64,000 nucleotides of DNA, from NCBI RefSeq assembly GCF_009834535.1, contig NC_045710.1, positions 54,932,001-54,996,000 on the forward strand, written 5' to 3'. Of this stretch, positions 17,601-28,230 are shown piece after piece. Numbering within the stretch: position 1 is the first letter of the stretch; each line of letters opens with the position of its first letter. Source of the stretch: Camelus ferus (Eukaryota). A program made the translations under genes and the position numbers. The notes under the pieces were generated by a model. It saw only the letters and a list, made by a program, of their open reading frames with translations. It did no database searches and was not told the DNA's origin.

Positions 17601-20600
17601 TCCCAACTGGTTGGAAAAAAAAATTTCACAACTAATGCTTAAAGGTTTGCTGTAAATCTGCAGGATTCTTAGAAAGAGTTGGACTTTGGTTCCAAACATT
17701 TCAAAAATTTTAATAGTCCTTTGGATCAGAAGGCATAGCTATCACATCTATTGAACAGAGGAGGCCGGGAGGGATAACAAAATGTAAAAACGAGGTCAAG
17801 ATTCAAGATAATCTCATGGGATCATCATGGCGTTTTAGTGGCTTTTAAATGATATATCAAACAAATTTAATAGGTTAAACTCAACAGATTTAGGTTCAGA
17901 CAGGCTGCTCCATCAGCATCAAGAATGAGGAAAGACCTGGATTTAAGTGGTCACAAGGTCAACATGAGTGGGCTGCTGCCTCAACAGAAAGGCAATGCAA
18001 AGTCTAGACATGCTGTCATTAAAGATGAGTGTTTTCGCTGTACCCTGTCCTGATCAGACCGCATCTGAAGTAGTGTGCCCAGTGGAAGGCTACCCAGATG
18101 TCAAGAGGTCTTTCTGCAGAACTGATTAAAGGAAGAGCTGAAGAAAATAAGTGTTTAGATTACAGAGAGATTTCCGATTTTCTCAAAATGACCAAGTTAG
18201 ATTCTCCAGGGAAGCAAGACGCTGTAAGCACAGGGCCGTTCAGCAGTGTGATTCCTTCCCCCGAAGCCGAAGCCGGCGCGTACACCAGGGCTCCAGGGCA
18301 GGTGGAGAGGGCCTGGGCCGAAGCATCCTAGGAGTCCTGAGGGCTCGCGCACTCACACACGCGCCTCTGGGCGGCCTGAACCCAAGGCGGGGCGCGGCCT
18401 CTCCCGGCGCCCTCCGGCCTTCAGGGTTTGGCGCTCCGGCGGGGACACGCCGCCCCGCGTGCGCCCCCAGCCTGTCACTGTCGGACTCCCGGAGCCCAGC
18501 CGCGCCCGGACCTCCCCCAACTCCAACCCACAGGCTCCCGGGCTGCGCCGGGGCCGCAACCTCAACCTCAATCTCCAGCCGGCCAGCTACCGGGCGCGGC
18601 CTGGCGGGGCTGGGCGGGGCCTGGAGAGGCCGGGCGTGGCCTGGCAAGGACCCGCGCTCGCCCGAGACGCCGCCTGCCGATCGTTGGCGTCTAGGACACT
18701 GGCGCGCCACCAGCCGCCGCTCGCCCCGCCCTGGCTCCGGCCACAAGAGCTTTACTGGTCCCGTGTTAGACCTGCCTCGGGGACCTCTTCATGGTCCTAC
18801 AAGGTTTCTCAACTTTCCAGTTTCGCAGAGGCCTCCGTATCTTCCCACTATTCCACAGCCCCGGGTTCTCCCAGTGCCCCAAATCCTCTCGGAGGTCTCT
18901 CAACCCCATTCCTTAATAAGCACCCTTCAACCCCAGTCCGCTCCACTCAGCGCCCGTGTCCTTCACCTGTAGAAGGCCACGTTGACTCTCTTTTCGTTAG
19001 GGAAGCCCAGCATCCCGCAGACCACGTGGCTGTTGTGGGCACTCCAGCCTTTGTCACACACTTGCGACCAGCCGTCTGGAAGCCTGACTTCGACCAGTCC
19101 CTCAGTCACGGGCAGGGGCCGTCTGCCCCGCCCTACCGCTGGTCGAAGTCGCACCTCCTCCACTTGCAGGTGATGCTCTACCTGGGGATGGGACCACAAG
19201 CAAAGGAAGGAATCCCCAGTAGCACCTTTCATATACCCTGCCACCCTTAAAGAACCCTGATTGAGTATGCTTGCTGTAAAGCCAGCGGTCCCGGCTGAGA
19301 GGGGGCTGAGAGGCATGCCTGCCCTCTAAGAGGTATTGACTGGGGTGTGTGGGTGTGTGAACTCTCCTGCAGTCAGGAGAGTGGAAGGACATGCTGTGCT
19401 CTGAGAAATAACTAAGGGTCCTGAAGAAGCTGAGCAAGGAGCATCTAACTCTGCCTGGGAGCCTGAGGGAGCACTTCACAGAGGAAGTGGCATTGAAGGC
19501 AGGGGGAAAAGTAAGAAGGGAGATGTTCCAGGAGAGCAGGAACATCTGAGGTGAGGGAGGGCACAGGATGCCCTGGAGACCAGAGATGAAGTTGCAGAGG
19601 CCTATGCCAGGCCTTGCAGCTTGAACACTAATGCTGAAACAGAACTGAGCTTTACGGTGTCTTGGAGCTCCATCATTTTGCCCCTGCAAGCATCCCATCG
19701 ACTCAAATGACCCCACTGGGCGTATGTGATGACCCCCTACCTTCTACTATCTCATCTAACCACATACCACATATAACCACCCCACAGCCCTCTCTGTCTC
19801 ACCACCCTGGGTGGCGTGTGTGTTTGTGAGTTACAGACCTCAATGACATTGGAATCCGAGAAGCCGGGGAGGCGCTCGTCCTTGCAAATGACCCCGGCGT
19901 CCTCATCGTGGGTACAGTCACTGTTCCCCCAGCCCCGGGAGGCACATTCAGTCACACTCCGCTCAGTCCCACTGCAGCTCAGGTTGTCCAGCCAGATGCG
20001 GCCTGTGGAGGGGGCAGATGAGGGGATAGAGGCTTGGGGAGGTAGCATGAGGGAAGTCATATGGATGTTGGTGACCGTGAGTACCGAGGCCTCACACCTG
20101 GCCATGATGATCCCATTTTTTTCTGGTAAGATAATGGGTGGAGAAGGGACAGGGGACCCTAGAAAGGAATAGGAAAGGGAGCATAAGGATTGAGGGAGGG
20201 TTGGTAGTGATTGGGGGATACTCAAGAATTTGATAGGGTGAATAAAAAGCCAAGAGTCAACACTGAAGTTATGATCAGTCCATACCCATTAAATGATAGC
20301 TGCAATTAATTGAGTACCTATTGTGTGTTAGGTGCTCTGCCAGCGTCTACCCATACATGATCATCCTTAGAACAGAACTGTCAGAAGGTATTATCACCAT
20401 TTTGTATAAAGAAATTGGGGTTCAGAGAAGTTAAGTAACTTGCCTAAGACCACACAGCCAATACATGGGGTCTTAGGGGTTTGAGCCATTTGTGAGATTT
20501 GGAAATCTAAGATCCTTTCACCTCAGCCTCACATTCTCCCATGTGCCTGCCCTGTCTGTGCCACCACGTTGCCCCTCAAATGCTGGTCCCAGCCAACGTG

Positions 20601-22043
20601 CAGGGACCCTTCATGCACATCCTGACAGAACTTATCCAGCATCTGCTGGGACACCTACTCCTGCCCCACCAGGCTGCTGGAACCATTGCAAAGTCCTTGT
20701 GACTCTATGACTTTCCCCCACCAGGTCTGATTCAGTCTTTTGATGCCATGCAGAAAAATCCCTCAGTCGAATGACTGTCCTCACATTTGAAGACAACTAA
20801 CATGTACTTGTTATCCAGAGCTTTTTCTTTTCATGCCAAATATCCCAGGTTTTTCCAGCTATTCCTCCCTGAAACTTGGTTTCCAACCTTTCACATCTGG
20901 GCAGCTCTCTTCTGAAAGTGTTTTTCCATTTTCTACTGTCTCTTTTAAAATCTGGCATCTAAACTTCATTGTAGAAGTGGCCTAGACAGTGGGTTTGGAG
21001 GATCATCTGCATACTGCACCAGCTTCTGTCCTTCAGTCCCACTGTGAGCTCATATAGTGCAAGCACCCTGAAATCTCAGTTAGAATTGCCCCATGCCCCT
21101 GCTACTGACATTCATATTTGTTTTTTTGGGGGAGGGTGGCAGGTAATTAGGTTTATTTATTTAAACAGAAGTACTGGGGACTGAACCCAGGACCTTGTGC
21201 ATGCTAGGCATGCACTCTACCACTGAGCTACACCTTTCCTTCTCTGACATTCATATTTGTTCTAGAGTTTGTACTTGCCTTTCATAAGTTCCAGCCTGAG
21301 GTTGCAGCCCTGGCTTGTAATCTGATTTTTGTTGGTTGCAGTGTCTGTGATCCGTTCTGGCTTTGGGACATCCAGACATCATTTACCCCCTTTCAGCTGC
21401 CCATGAAACCAGCTGTACTTTAATCATACAGGGTTCACCTGGGTCAGGGCTGTCCTTACATGTGACTTTATGGAGCCATGCTGTTGCAGCAGAAAGGAAC
21501 TTAGAGATCATCTAGTCATTTTCTACGTGGGGCATCTGAGGTCCAGAAGAAGGCACCGAACAGCCTCAGTTCATACCGCTCTGAGAAGTGACTGCTGGTT
21601 GGCTTGTCCTCCGTGGGTGTACTTGACACTGGCTGATCTTGGCGTTCTGTGTCCCTGTGGCTGTGCTATCCTGGTGTCCCCTCTCGCTACGATTCGGCAA
21701 TACCTAGGCTGTGCCTGGAGCATCGCTCACCTGTTCCAGGGCCATATTTGGCGCTGTGGGTCCAGCCTGTGGCCTCGGTGAAGCCCAGCTCCCGGCACAG
21801 GACATGGGCAGCCTGTAGCGTGAAGTCATCATCGCAGATGGTGCCCCATTCGCCAGCTCGCTGTATCTCCACGCGGCCCTCGAAGGGCTTCCTGGGGAAG
21901 CCGGCCAGCCGGAACCGCAGCCCCTGGCTCCCGTCCTTCTTCTCGGGGGCCGTGGATGGGGATGGAGATCCCACACAAAAGCTGTACAGCAGGAAGAGCA
22001 GCAGCCCCCACGGGCTCCACTGCCAGACACTGACAGGCCGCAT
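5636..22043 (-). CDS. LOXL3: Lysyl oxidase-like 3, 13 coding exons, 753 aa
   Basis: Coding exons: 22043-21731, 20002-19839, 19181-18967, 8566-8347, 8104-7924, 7792-7638, ~7402-7235 (mostly in N-run 7256-7427; length assumed from human), 7101-6939, 6753-6510, 6419-6304, 6229-6093, 5986-5875, 5709-5636; total 2262 nt. Four SRCR domains, Cu-binding [11 protein letters not shown] and the LTQ residues (KASFC, DLYRHD) are intact. Confidence 0.98.
12346..12468 (-). mobile_element. tRNA-derived SINE (camelid Vic-type)
   Basis: Reverse complement reads GGGGAGGGTGTAGCTCAAGTGGTAGAGCGCATGTTTAGCATGCACAAGGTCCTGGGTTCAATCCCC (A and B boxes), then AAATAAACCTAATTAC and an A-rich tail. Confidence 0.9.
13240..14450 (+). 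mobile_element. L2 LINE fragment (3' part)
   Basis: Pyrimidine-rich L2 body ending in the L2 3' motif gcacagtgcttggcaaatagtgagttcgataagtatctgtcaa. Boundaries approximate. Confidence 0.7.
13588..13731 (-). mobile_element. tRNA-derived SINE (camelid Vic-type) with target-site duplication, inserted in L2
   Basis: Same consensus. TSD tcat(t/c)ctattgattctt at 13571-13587 and 13732-13748. Confidence 0.9.
15892..16031 (-). mobile_element. tRNA-derived SINE (camelid Vic-type) with TSD
   Basis: Same consensus. TSD actcactgtcttccttatc (15873-15891) versus gctcgctgtcttccttatc (16032-16050). Confidence 0.9.
16574..16599. repeat. (AC)13 microsatellite
   Basis: Direct reading. Confidence 0.95.
17270..18240 (+). 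mobile_element. Ancient CR1/L3 LINE relic (RT region to 3' end)
   Basis: Degenerate CR1 hallmarks such as atggattttggcaaagac, ggtcacaaggtcaacatgagt and ctgtaccctgtcctgatcagaccgcatctgaagtagtgtgcccag. Recognised from memory of the consensus. Confidence 0.6.
18270..18760. promoter_or_regulatory. Intragenic CpG island in LOXL3 intron 4 (candidate alternative promoter)
   Basis: Abrupt CpG/GC-rich block with GC boxes, about 200 bp from LOXL3 coding exon 19181-18967. Confidence 0.75.
20308..20490 (-). mobile_element. MIR SINE
   Basis: ttatcaccattttgtataaagaaattggggttcagagaagttaagtaacttgcctaagaccacacagc is the antisense MIR core. Confidence 0.8.
21121..21243 (-). mobile_element. tRNA-derived SINE (camelid Vic-type) with TSD
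   Basis: Same consensus. TSD ctgacattcatatttgtt on both sides. Confidence 0.9.
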
Positions 22044-22059
22044 GGCAGGGACGGGCTGG

Positions 22060-22720
22060 GTGCCCCAGAGAGAGAGAGTATGTGAGGGATGCTGAAATCG
22101 AGCCAGGCCCAGGTCTGAGAGAGAGAGAGAGAGGTCACAAGAGGAAAAAGGACAGTGGTTAAGACCAGAGGAAAAAGAGAGGGATCCAGGGACTAAGAGA
22201 CACAGTGAGAAAGAAACACACACTAAATAAGAGCAGAAATACAGAATCAAAGAGGCACAGCCTGAGAGACCCAGATTAGGGAGGGGGGAAGAGGAGACAG
22301 AGACAGAGATAGAGAGGCTCTCCCTCCCTTTTGCCAAGAATAAAACTCAGATTATTAGCTGTTATGCCTCACAGTGTCCTCCCCTAGTTCTGCCATCATC
22401 CCCACCAAACCCCTACTCACCAGTCTAGGAGACCCAGTGATCAAAAGACAGGGATTAGAGACCAAGAGTCAGACAATGGTTAAGATAAAGAGATAGAGAC
22501 TGAGCAAGAGGTAAGGAGAGGAAGACCCAGACAGACAGGATGTGAGAGGAAGGGAAACTGTGGGAATGAAAGGGACCACACAGAGACAGTGGAGAGAGAG
22601 ACAATTTGAAGATGGATAGAAAGGGATCAGGAGAGAGCCTGCACACAGAATTGGGGAGCAACTGAGACAGGCAGGCAATAGGTGAGGAGGAGAGGGGCTG
22701 ACAGGAGCCAGGGGGCAGAG
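22060..22720. repeat. Purine-rich (GA) low-complexity tract in LOXL3 intron 1
   Basis: (GA)n runs at about 22069-22078 and 22117-22132, within an A/G-biased stretch. Confidence 0.7.
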
Positions 22721-23689
22721 GCAGGAGGGACCCAGATGACCCCATTCAGCCAGTAAGGGGAAAGATAGCTACTGATTGTGGAGAGAAGCAGGCAAGGAGG
22801 GACTTAGGGAGACCCTCGGATCTTGGTTCTTCTTAATGGGAGCTAAGCCAAGAGTCCTTTGTGGGTAGATTCCAGGCAAAGAAGGTAGAGACTGGAATGC
22901 ACTGGGGAGCTTGCTGCACAGCCTACATGCCCTGTAGGGTCAAGGGGCCCAGGAGGGCCGGGCTTCAAGTGGGGAAGGGGGGCTGTACAAGCCTCCTGCC
23001 GACACCGCCATCACTGTCACGGAGCTACCGGAGGCCAGGGCACCAATCAGCTCCTCAGCCTAGGCCTTCCCACTGTCTGGGGCGGAGAACAGCCCCTCTA
23101 CAGTGAGCTACCCCACCCCCAACATGCTTCCCCCAACTCAGACAAACAAACCAACAGAACAGCTTTGTTCTGGGAACATTTTGGCTTGGGGACCCAGGGG
23201 TACGGCCTCACAGAGGAGCCCTCAGCCTCAGGGCCTTCTCAGCTGCCCGATTTGTAATACCCTGCAGCCCCCAACCCCCAATATCTGCTTCCTTTCTCTA
23301 CCGTTCTCATGTCTCACTCTTCTTTGACAATAATAAAACCCTCAGTAGGTTGGCTTCCCTTTGACCCTATCCCACATCATCCCTTTTCCCTGGTCCCTCC
23401 ACCATCCTCTCCATCCATAACTCCCCTTCCTCTCGCTCCCGGCAGCGTGACCACCGCCCCACCCCCCTCCCTACCTTTGGCTGAGTGGGGCCCTAGGGGC
23501 TGGGAGAAGAGTTCTGGTCCTGGAGATCAGTCCTAGGACTTCCAAAAAAAGTGCTCGGCCAACAGAGACTGGACCCCCACCTCCCTCCCCCCTCTCCTTT
23601 CGTTCCTCCCACGTCCCTTTGAGCCCTCCCACATTCCGCCTTCTCCCTCGATCCCTCCCAGGCCAGTTCCCTCCTTTTCTCCTCCCCTC

Positions 23690-25150
23690 CTGCTCGGAGC
23701 TGGCCGCGGCCGCCGCTCCACCTTCCTCCCACCCCTCTCCCCGCCCCTCCCAGCCTGCTTAATAAAGCTTTCTTTTCCCGCGGCTTGGATGCCGGGCAGC
23801 TGCGGCCAAAGAGCCCAGCACGCAAGAGGCCCCGGGGCCGCACACCGTACCGGGCTGAGGCCCGTGTGGCAGCTAGACTCTGGGCCCCGGGAAGGCTTCC
23901 AGTCCCCAGCCCCCAGCCCTTCCCCCTCGTCCCCGGCTCCGCGGATCGTAAACAGCCCAACTCAGGCCCGGCTGGGGGCGGGTCTGGTCAGGGGAACTGA
24001 GGCCACGAGGGCCACGTGGTCCCTCCGGGGCCCGAGGGTGCCCATCAGCATTTTTGAGGTGACGTCACGGCCTTCACTCTGAAGTCACGTTGAGCATCTG
24101 ATGTCGCACGCAGCCCCAAGCCCGGGAGCCTGAGTTCTCTGACTGAAACCACGAGATTTCTCTTGGTGGAGCCACAGGGCTGGGCGTGGGGGCCTGAAGG
24201 TGGTGCACCACCCAGCTTATCTGGGTACCGCCCCCCTCTTCCTTCTCACTACTCTCTTTCCACTCTTTTCGCGGTCGGGGTTGGAGGGGTGGGGGTCGGG
24301 GAGGGACCGGAACGCCTCCTCCCGGCCCCGCCCCGCCTCGGGCCCGCCGGGCCAGGAAGCGCGGAAGGAACCGCCGGGGGCCATGGACGGGGCCGTGATG
24401 GAAGGGCCGCTCTTCTTACAGAGTCACCGTTTCGGTACCAAGGTACTCTGGGCAGGGGTTGCCGAACCCCATCAGAGCTACGGGTGGGCGGTAGAGCCCA
24501 GAAGGAGGGAGGGGGCGGGCAGCGGGTTGGAGCGCGTCGCCCGGGGCTGGAGCGCCCCGTGACGTTCCCGCCGAGCTCGTTCGCTCACACTCCGGAGAAG
24601 CGTCTGCCGGCCTCCGGGTGCTCCCTTTCTGGTCCAGGGAAGCTGAGCGGCATCCGCCTTGGGAAACTTCGCCCAATGTTGGGAGGCCTCAACCTGAAAT
24701 CGGCCCGCGCCGGTCTCTCCTTCCCCGTCGGGGCCCGGGACCGCCGGTGGTTGCCCGCTCCCTCCCGAGTCTCTTCGCTCTCTCTCCTCAGCGGTGGAGG
24801 AAGACCTGGGCGGTACTCTACCCGGCCAGCCCCCACGGCGTCGCGCGGCTGGAGTTCTTTGACCACAAGGGGTCGAGCCCCGGAGGGGGTCGAGGGGGCT
24901 CGCGCCGCCTGGATTGTAAGGTGATCCGCCTGGCGGAGTGCGTGAGCGTGGCCCCCGTGTCGGTGGAGAGTCCCCCGGAGCCTGGCGCCGCAGCCTTCCG
25001 CCTGGACACCGCCCAGCGCTCCCACCTGCTGGCGGCCGACGCGCCGTCCAGCGCCGCCTGGGTGCAGACGCTGTGCAGAAACGCCTTTCCGGTGAGGGGG
25101 CCCGGGACTGCTGGCGAGGGGCTGGGGCGTGCCGCACTGGGCCCAAGAGG
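23690..25150. promoter_or_regulatory. CpG island / bidirectional promoter of LOXL3 and DOK1, with a perfect CRE
   Basis: CpG-rich region between the divergent genes. Palindrome GTGACGTCAC at 24059-24068. Confidence 0.8.
23851..24000 (-). other. LOXL3: Probable non-coding first exon of LOXL3
   Basis: Minus-strand donor CCCG|GTACGG at 23851/23850 lies in the CpG island. The acceptor at 22055 is 12 nt upstream of the ATG. The 5' end is not determinable. Confidence 0.5.
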
Positions 25151-26766
25151 AGATGTGTGGGGTGGGAGCTGTTACAGCAGCAGAGGAACTGGGATGGCTC
25201 AGACCCCGGGAACAGCGTTGAGGGAATGACAGTCTCCTCCATACTCTCTCTCTTTACACCAGAAAGGCAGCTGGGCTCTGGCGCCCGCCGAGAACCCACC
25301 CAATCTTTCCGCCCTGGAGATGCTGGAGAACTCGCTGTATAGCCCCACGTGGGAAGGTAGATGCCCGAGAAGCCCCAGCAGGGAGGGGGGTAGGGAACGG
25401 TGTCCTCGGGAAGGCGGTGATAGCTACAAGGGGAAGTAGGAAGTTCCTGAGCACTGGCTTTCAAGCGTGTGCTCGGACAACCTGCTCCCTTTCCCCACCC
25501 CAGACCAGGCTAGGTGCCAGTCTGATAGTGTATTCCTTCCAGGATCCCAGTTCTGGGTGACCGTGCAGAGGACTGAAGCCGCCGAGCGCTGTGGCTTGCA
25601 TGGCTCCTTTGTGCTGAGAGTGGAGGCTGAGAGGCTGACTCTCCTGACTGTGGGGGCCCAGAGTCAGATACTGGAGCCGCTCCTTTCCTGGCCCTACACT
25701 CTGTTGCGACGCTATGGCCGTGACAAGGTGCGGTGTTGTCAGGGAGGGCAGGCTCCCTTGGTTGGGCAGCTGTGGGATGGGTTGGGCAGGACAGGAAGGT
25801 AGGAAGATCTGCCCTCTGGATAACCCTTTCTTGCCAGCCCATGACCCCAACCTCCCTCCCCAGGTGGTCTTGTCTTTGTAGATCCCCCTAACTGGTTGAG
25901 GCCCCGTGACTCACCTCTGGTGGCTCCTGGTAAATGTGTTTCCCTCCACACCCTCTTTAGGTCATGTTCTCTTTTGAGGCTGGCCGCCGCTGCCCCTCCG
26001 GCCCTGGAACCTTCACCTTCCAGACAGCACAGGGAAATGACATCTTTCAGGCGGTTGAGACTGCTATCCACCGGCAGAAGGCCCAAGGAAAGGCTGGCCA
26101 GGGGCAGGGTGTTCTCAGAACTGATTCCCATGAAGAAGTGGCAGAGGGGAAGGTGGCTTCCCACCCTGGCCCCCAGGAGCTCCCAGGCAGCCCTCCAGTG
26201 CTGTATGCTGAACCCTTAGACTCCCTGCGTGTTCCTCCGGGCCCTTCCCAGGATTCCCTGTACTCAGACCCCCTGGACAGCACTGCTGCTCAGGCAGAGG
26301 ACGGGGTACAGTTAAAGAAACCGCTCTATTGGGACTTGTATGAGCATGTGCAGCAGCAGTTGCTGAAAGCCAAGCTAACAGACCCCAAAGAAGACCCCAT
26401 CTATGATGAACCTGAGGGTCTGGCCTCGGCTGCTCTCAGGGACTTTATGATCTGCCTCAGGAGCCCAAGGATGCATGGTGGCGCCAGGCTCGGGTGAAGG
26501 AGGAAGGCTACGAGCTCCCCTACAACCCTGCCACTGATGACTATGCTGTGCCACCCCCTCGGAGCACAAAGCCCTTCCCAGCCCCCAAGCCCCAGGGCCC
26601 GGCCTTCTCTGAATCTGGTGCTGCAGCTGGCAATGGCAGCAAAGATAGCTCAGACACTGCCCTGTACAGCCAGGTCCAGAAGAGTGGGGCCTCAGGGAGC
26701 TGAGACTCTGGGCTCTCTAGAGCAGCGACTGACAGGACTGGGGTCAAGTCCGAGGGCTCCACATGA
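24383..26766 (+). CDS. DOK1: Docking protein 1 (p62dok), 5 exons; last exon disrupted as read
   Basis: Exons 24383-24442, 24792-25091, 25263-25356, 25543-25727, 25961-26766. PH domain (RWRKTWAVLY), PTB domain (LLSWPYTLLRRYGRDK, FSFEAGRRC) and YxxP tail are present. There is a 1-nt deletion near 26435-26437 and an in-frame TGA at 26701-26703. Correcting both gives 481 aa. Confidence 0.97.
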
Positions 26767-27165
26767 GACGTAGGGGCAAGACTGGGGTTGCTGACTGGAG
26801 GACCATGGGGAGGTGGCACTGGGGGACAAAGAAACCTATTAGAACCAGCAGTAACCGGAAGGGCCCGCGTGAGACCAGGAAACAAGGGGAGTCAAGGGAA
26901 GGGTGATCTGTCCAAGAAGTTACGGAAGGGGCACAGTTGGCAGAGGCTCAGTGATGAGATCTGGGGGAGGCCAGCACCCCTAAGTCATCCCCGCCGAAGG
27001 AAGGGATAGCTGCTGGACCAGCCTAGTGGAAAGAGGTGTTTGGTCAGAAAAGGTGCAGTTTAAAGGGCCTGAATAGAGGCTATAGGGAGACACTGGGCTG
27101 TGACTGGATCCTTCCCCCTGCACTGTTCTTTGCCAGATACATATTTTTTAAAAAGTTTTATTCTC

Positions 27166-27171
27166 ATTAAA
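27166..27171 (+). terminator. Probable DOK1 polyadenylation signal (ATTAAA)
   Basis: About 400 nt after the stop, in an AT-rich patch followed by GT-rich sequence. Confidence 0.65.
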
Positions 27172-27394
27172 GTCAGTTTGGGCTTAAGAGGTCTACGTGT
27201 GTGAATAGTCACAGAGGGAACAGAGTGGCAGGATATGCTGAGTGGCTGTGGAGGGGATCAGGAGGAGAACCAGGAATGCGTTGGGGGCCATTGAAGAAAG
27301 AAAGGGCCCCTTGGGAGGGGAGCCAAGCAGTGTGATCTGTCAGAGCGTGGGTGGTCCAGTCAGGCCCACCCTGTCTCTGCGACCCTGGGTGTAA

Positions 27395-27520
27395 CATCCG
27401 TAACCCTCAGTTTCCCCCACTGCCCCTCTGTAAAATGGGAACATTTAATTACTGGTTTTACCTCACAGGGTTGTTTGTATGAGAGGAATTAAATTTCTCG
27501 AGTACTTAATGCAATTTGAA
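27395..27520 (+). mobile_element. MIR SINE
   Basis: cctcagtttccc...ctgtaaaatggg...acctcacagggttgtt is the MIR core. Confidence 0.75.
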
Positions 27521-28230
27521 GTGCAGAGTATGCTTTTTATAAATAAGTGATAGTTATTCTGTGGATGGAGAAGCGCTACTGGGCAGGTGTGAGCAGAGGG
27601 GGCTTGGAAGGGGAGAGGTCTTTTTCACACCATCCTCTCCCCTGTTCTCAGCTATAGGATGTCCCCCACTCCCCTCAGCACCTGACCACACACACAGACT
27701 TGGCCTGTAGGGATCGAAGACTAGCGCCTTTTGTTTGGAGGCTGAAGGGAACTGCAGCGTGGTGGGTATACTGGGAGGGGCATGGACTTTGGAATGAAGC
27801 TTTGCTTTCAATCTTACTTTTTCATGAGCTCTGAAAACGTTATCCTTGTCTCCTGAGCTCCAGCTTCCTAAAGGTGACCTGATTTTATCCACCTGCTCAC
27901 ACAGAATACAAGGAGAAATTCGGGCCGGGAACGCTCCTAACAATGGTGGAGGCTTACAGGGTATTTAATCTTCGTTTGTTGTTAATGGTATCAAATGATC
28001 CAAAAGAAAATGAATCCTTGCTTGGAGAAAGAAAAAGCTCATGGTGGGGGGGAGCTTCCTGGTCTGAGGAGCAGGGTGGCGGCGGCACTGAGGACAGAGG
28101 AGAGGAACGCTCTGTTTCCCAGTCACCTGGAGCTCACAGGCCCAGGTGGGTAAGAAGCCGCAGAAAGCCATTATGTGAGCCTTGGCATGGATATGGTTGA
28201 GCAGAGCAGCTGGGCTCTATTGCTGGTGGC

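Noticed and set aside
18151-19250. Long ORFs of 273 and 263 aa over the intronic CpG island
   Set aside because: Low-complexity Pro/Arg/Gly translations typical of GC-rich DNA, partly the antisense shadow of a LOXL3 exon.
24163-25464. ORFs of 253 aa (+) and 328 aa (-) at DOK1
   Set aside because: Alternative-frame and antisense shadows of the DOK1 CpG island, with no recognisable domain.
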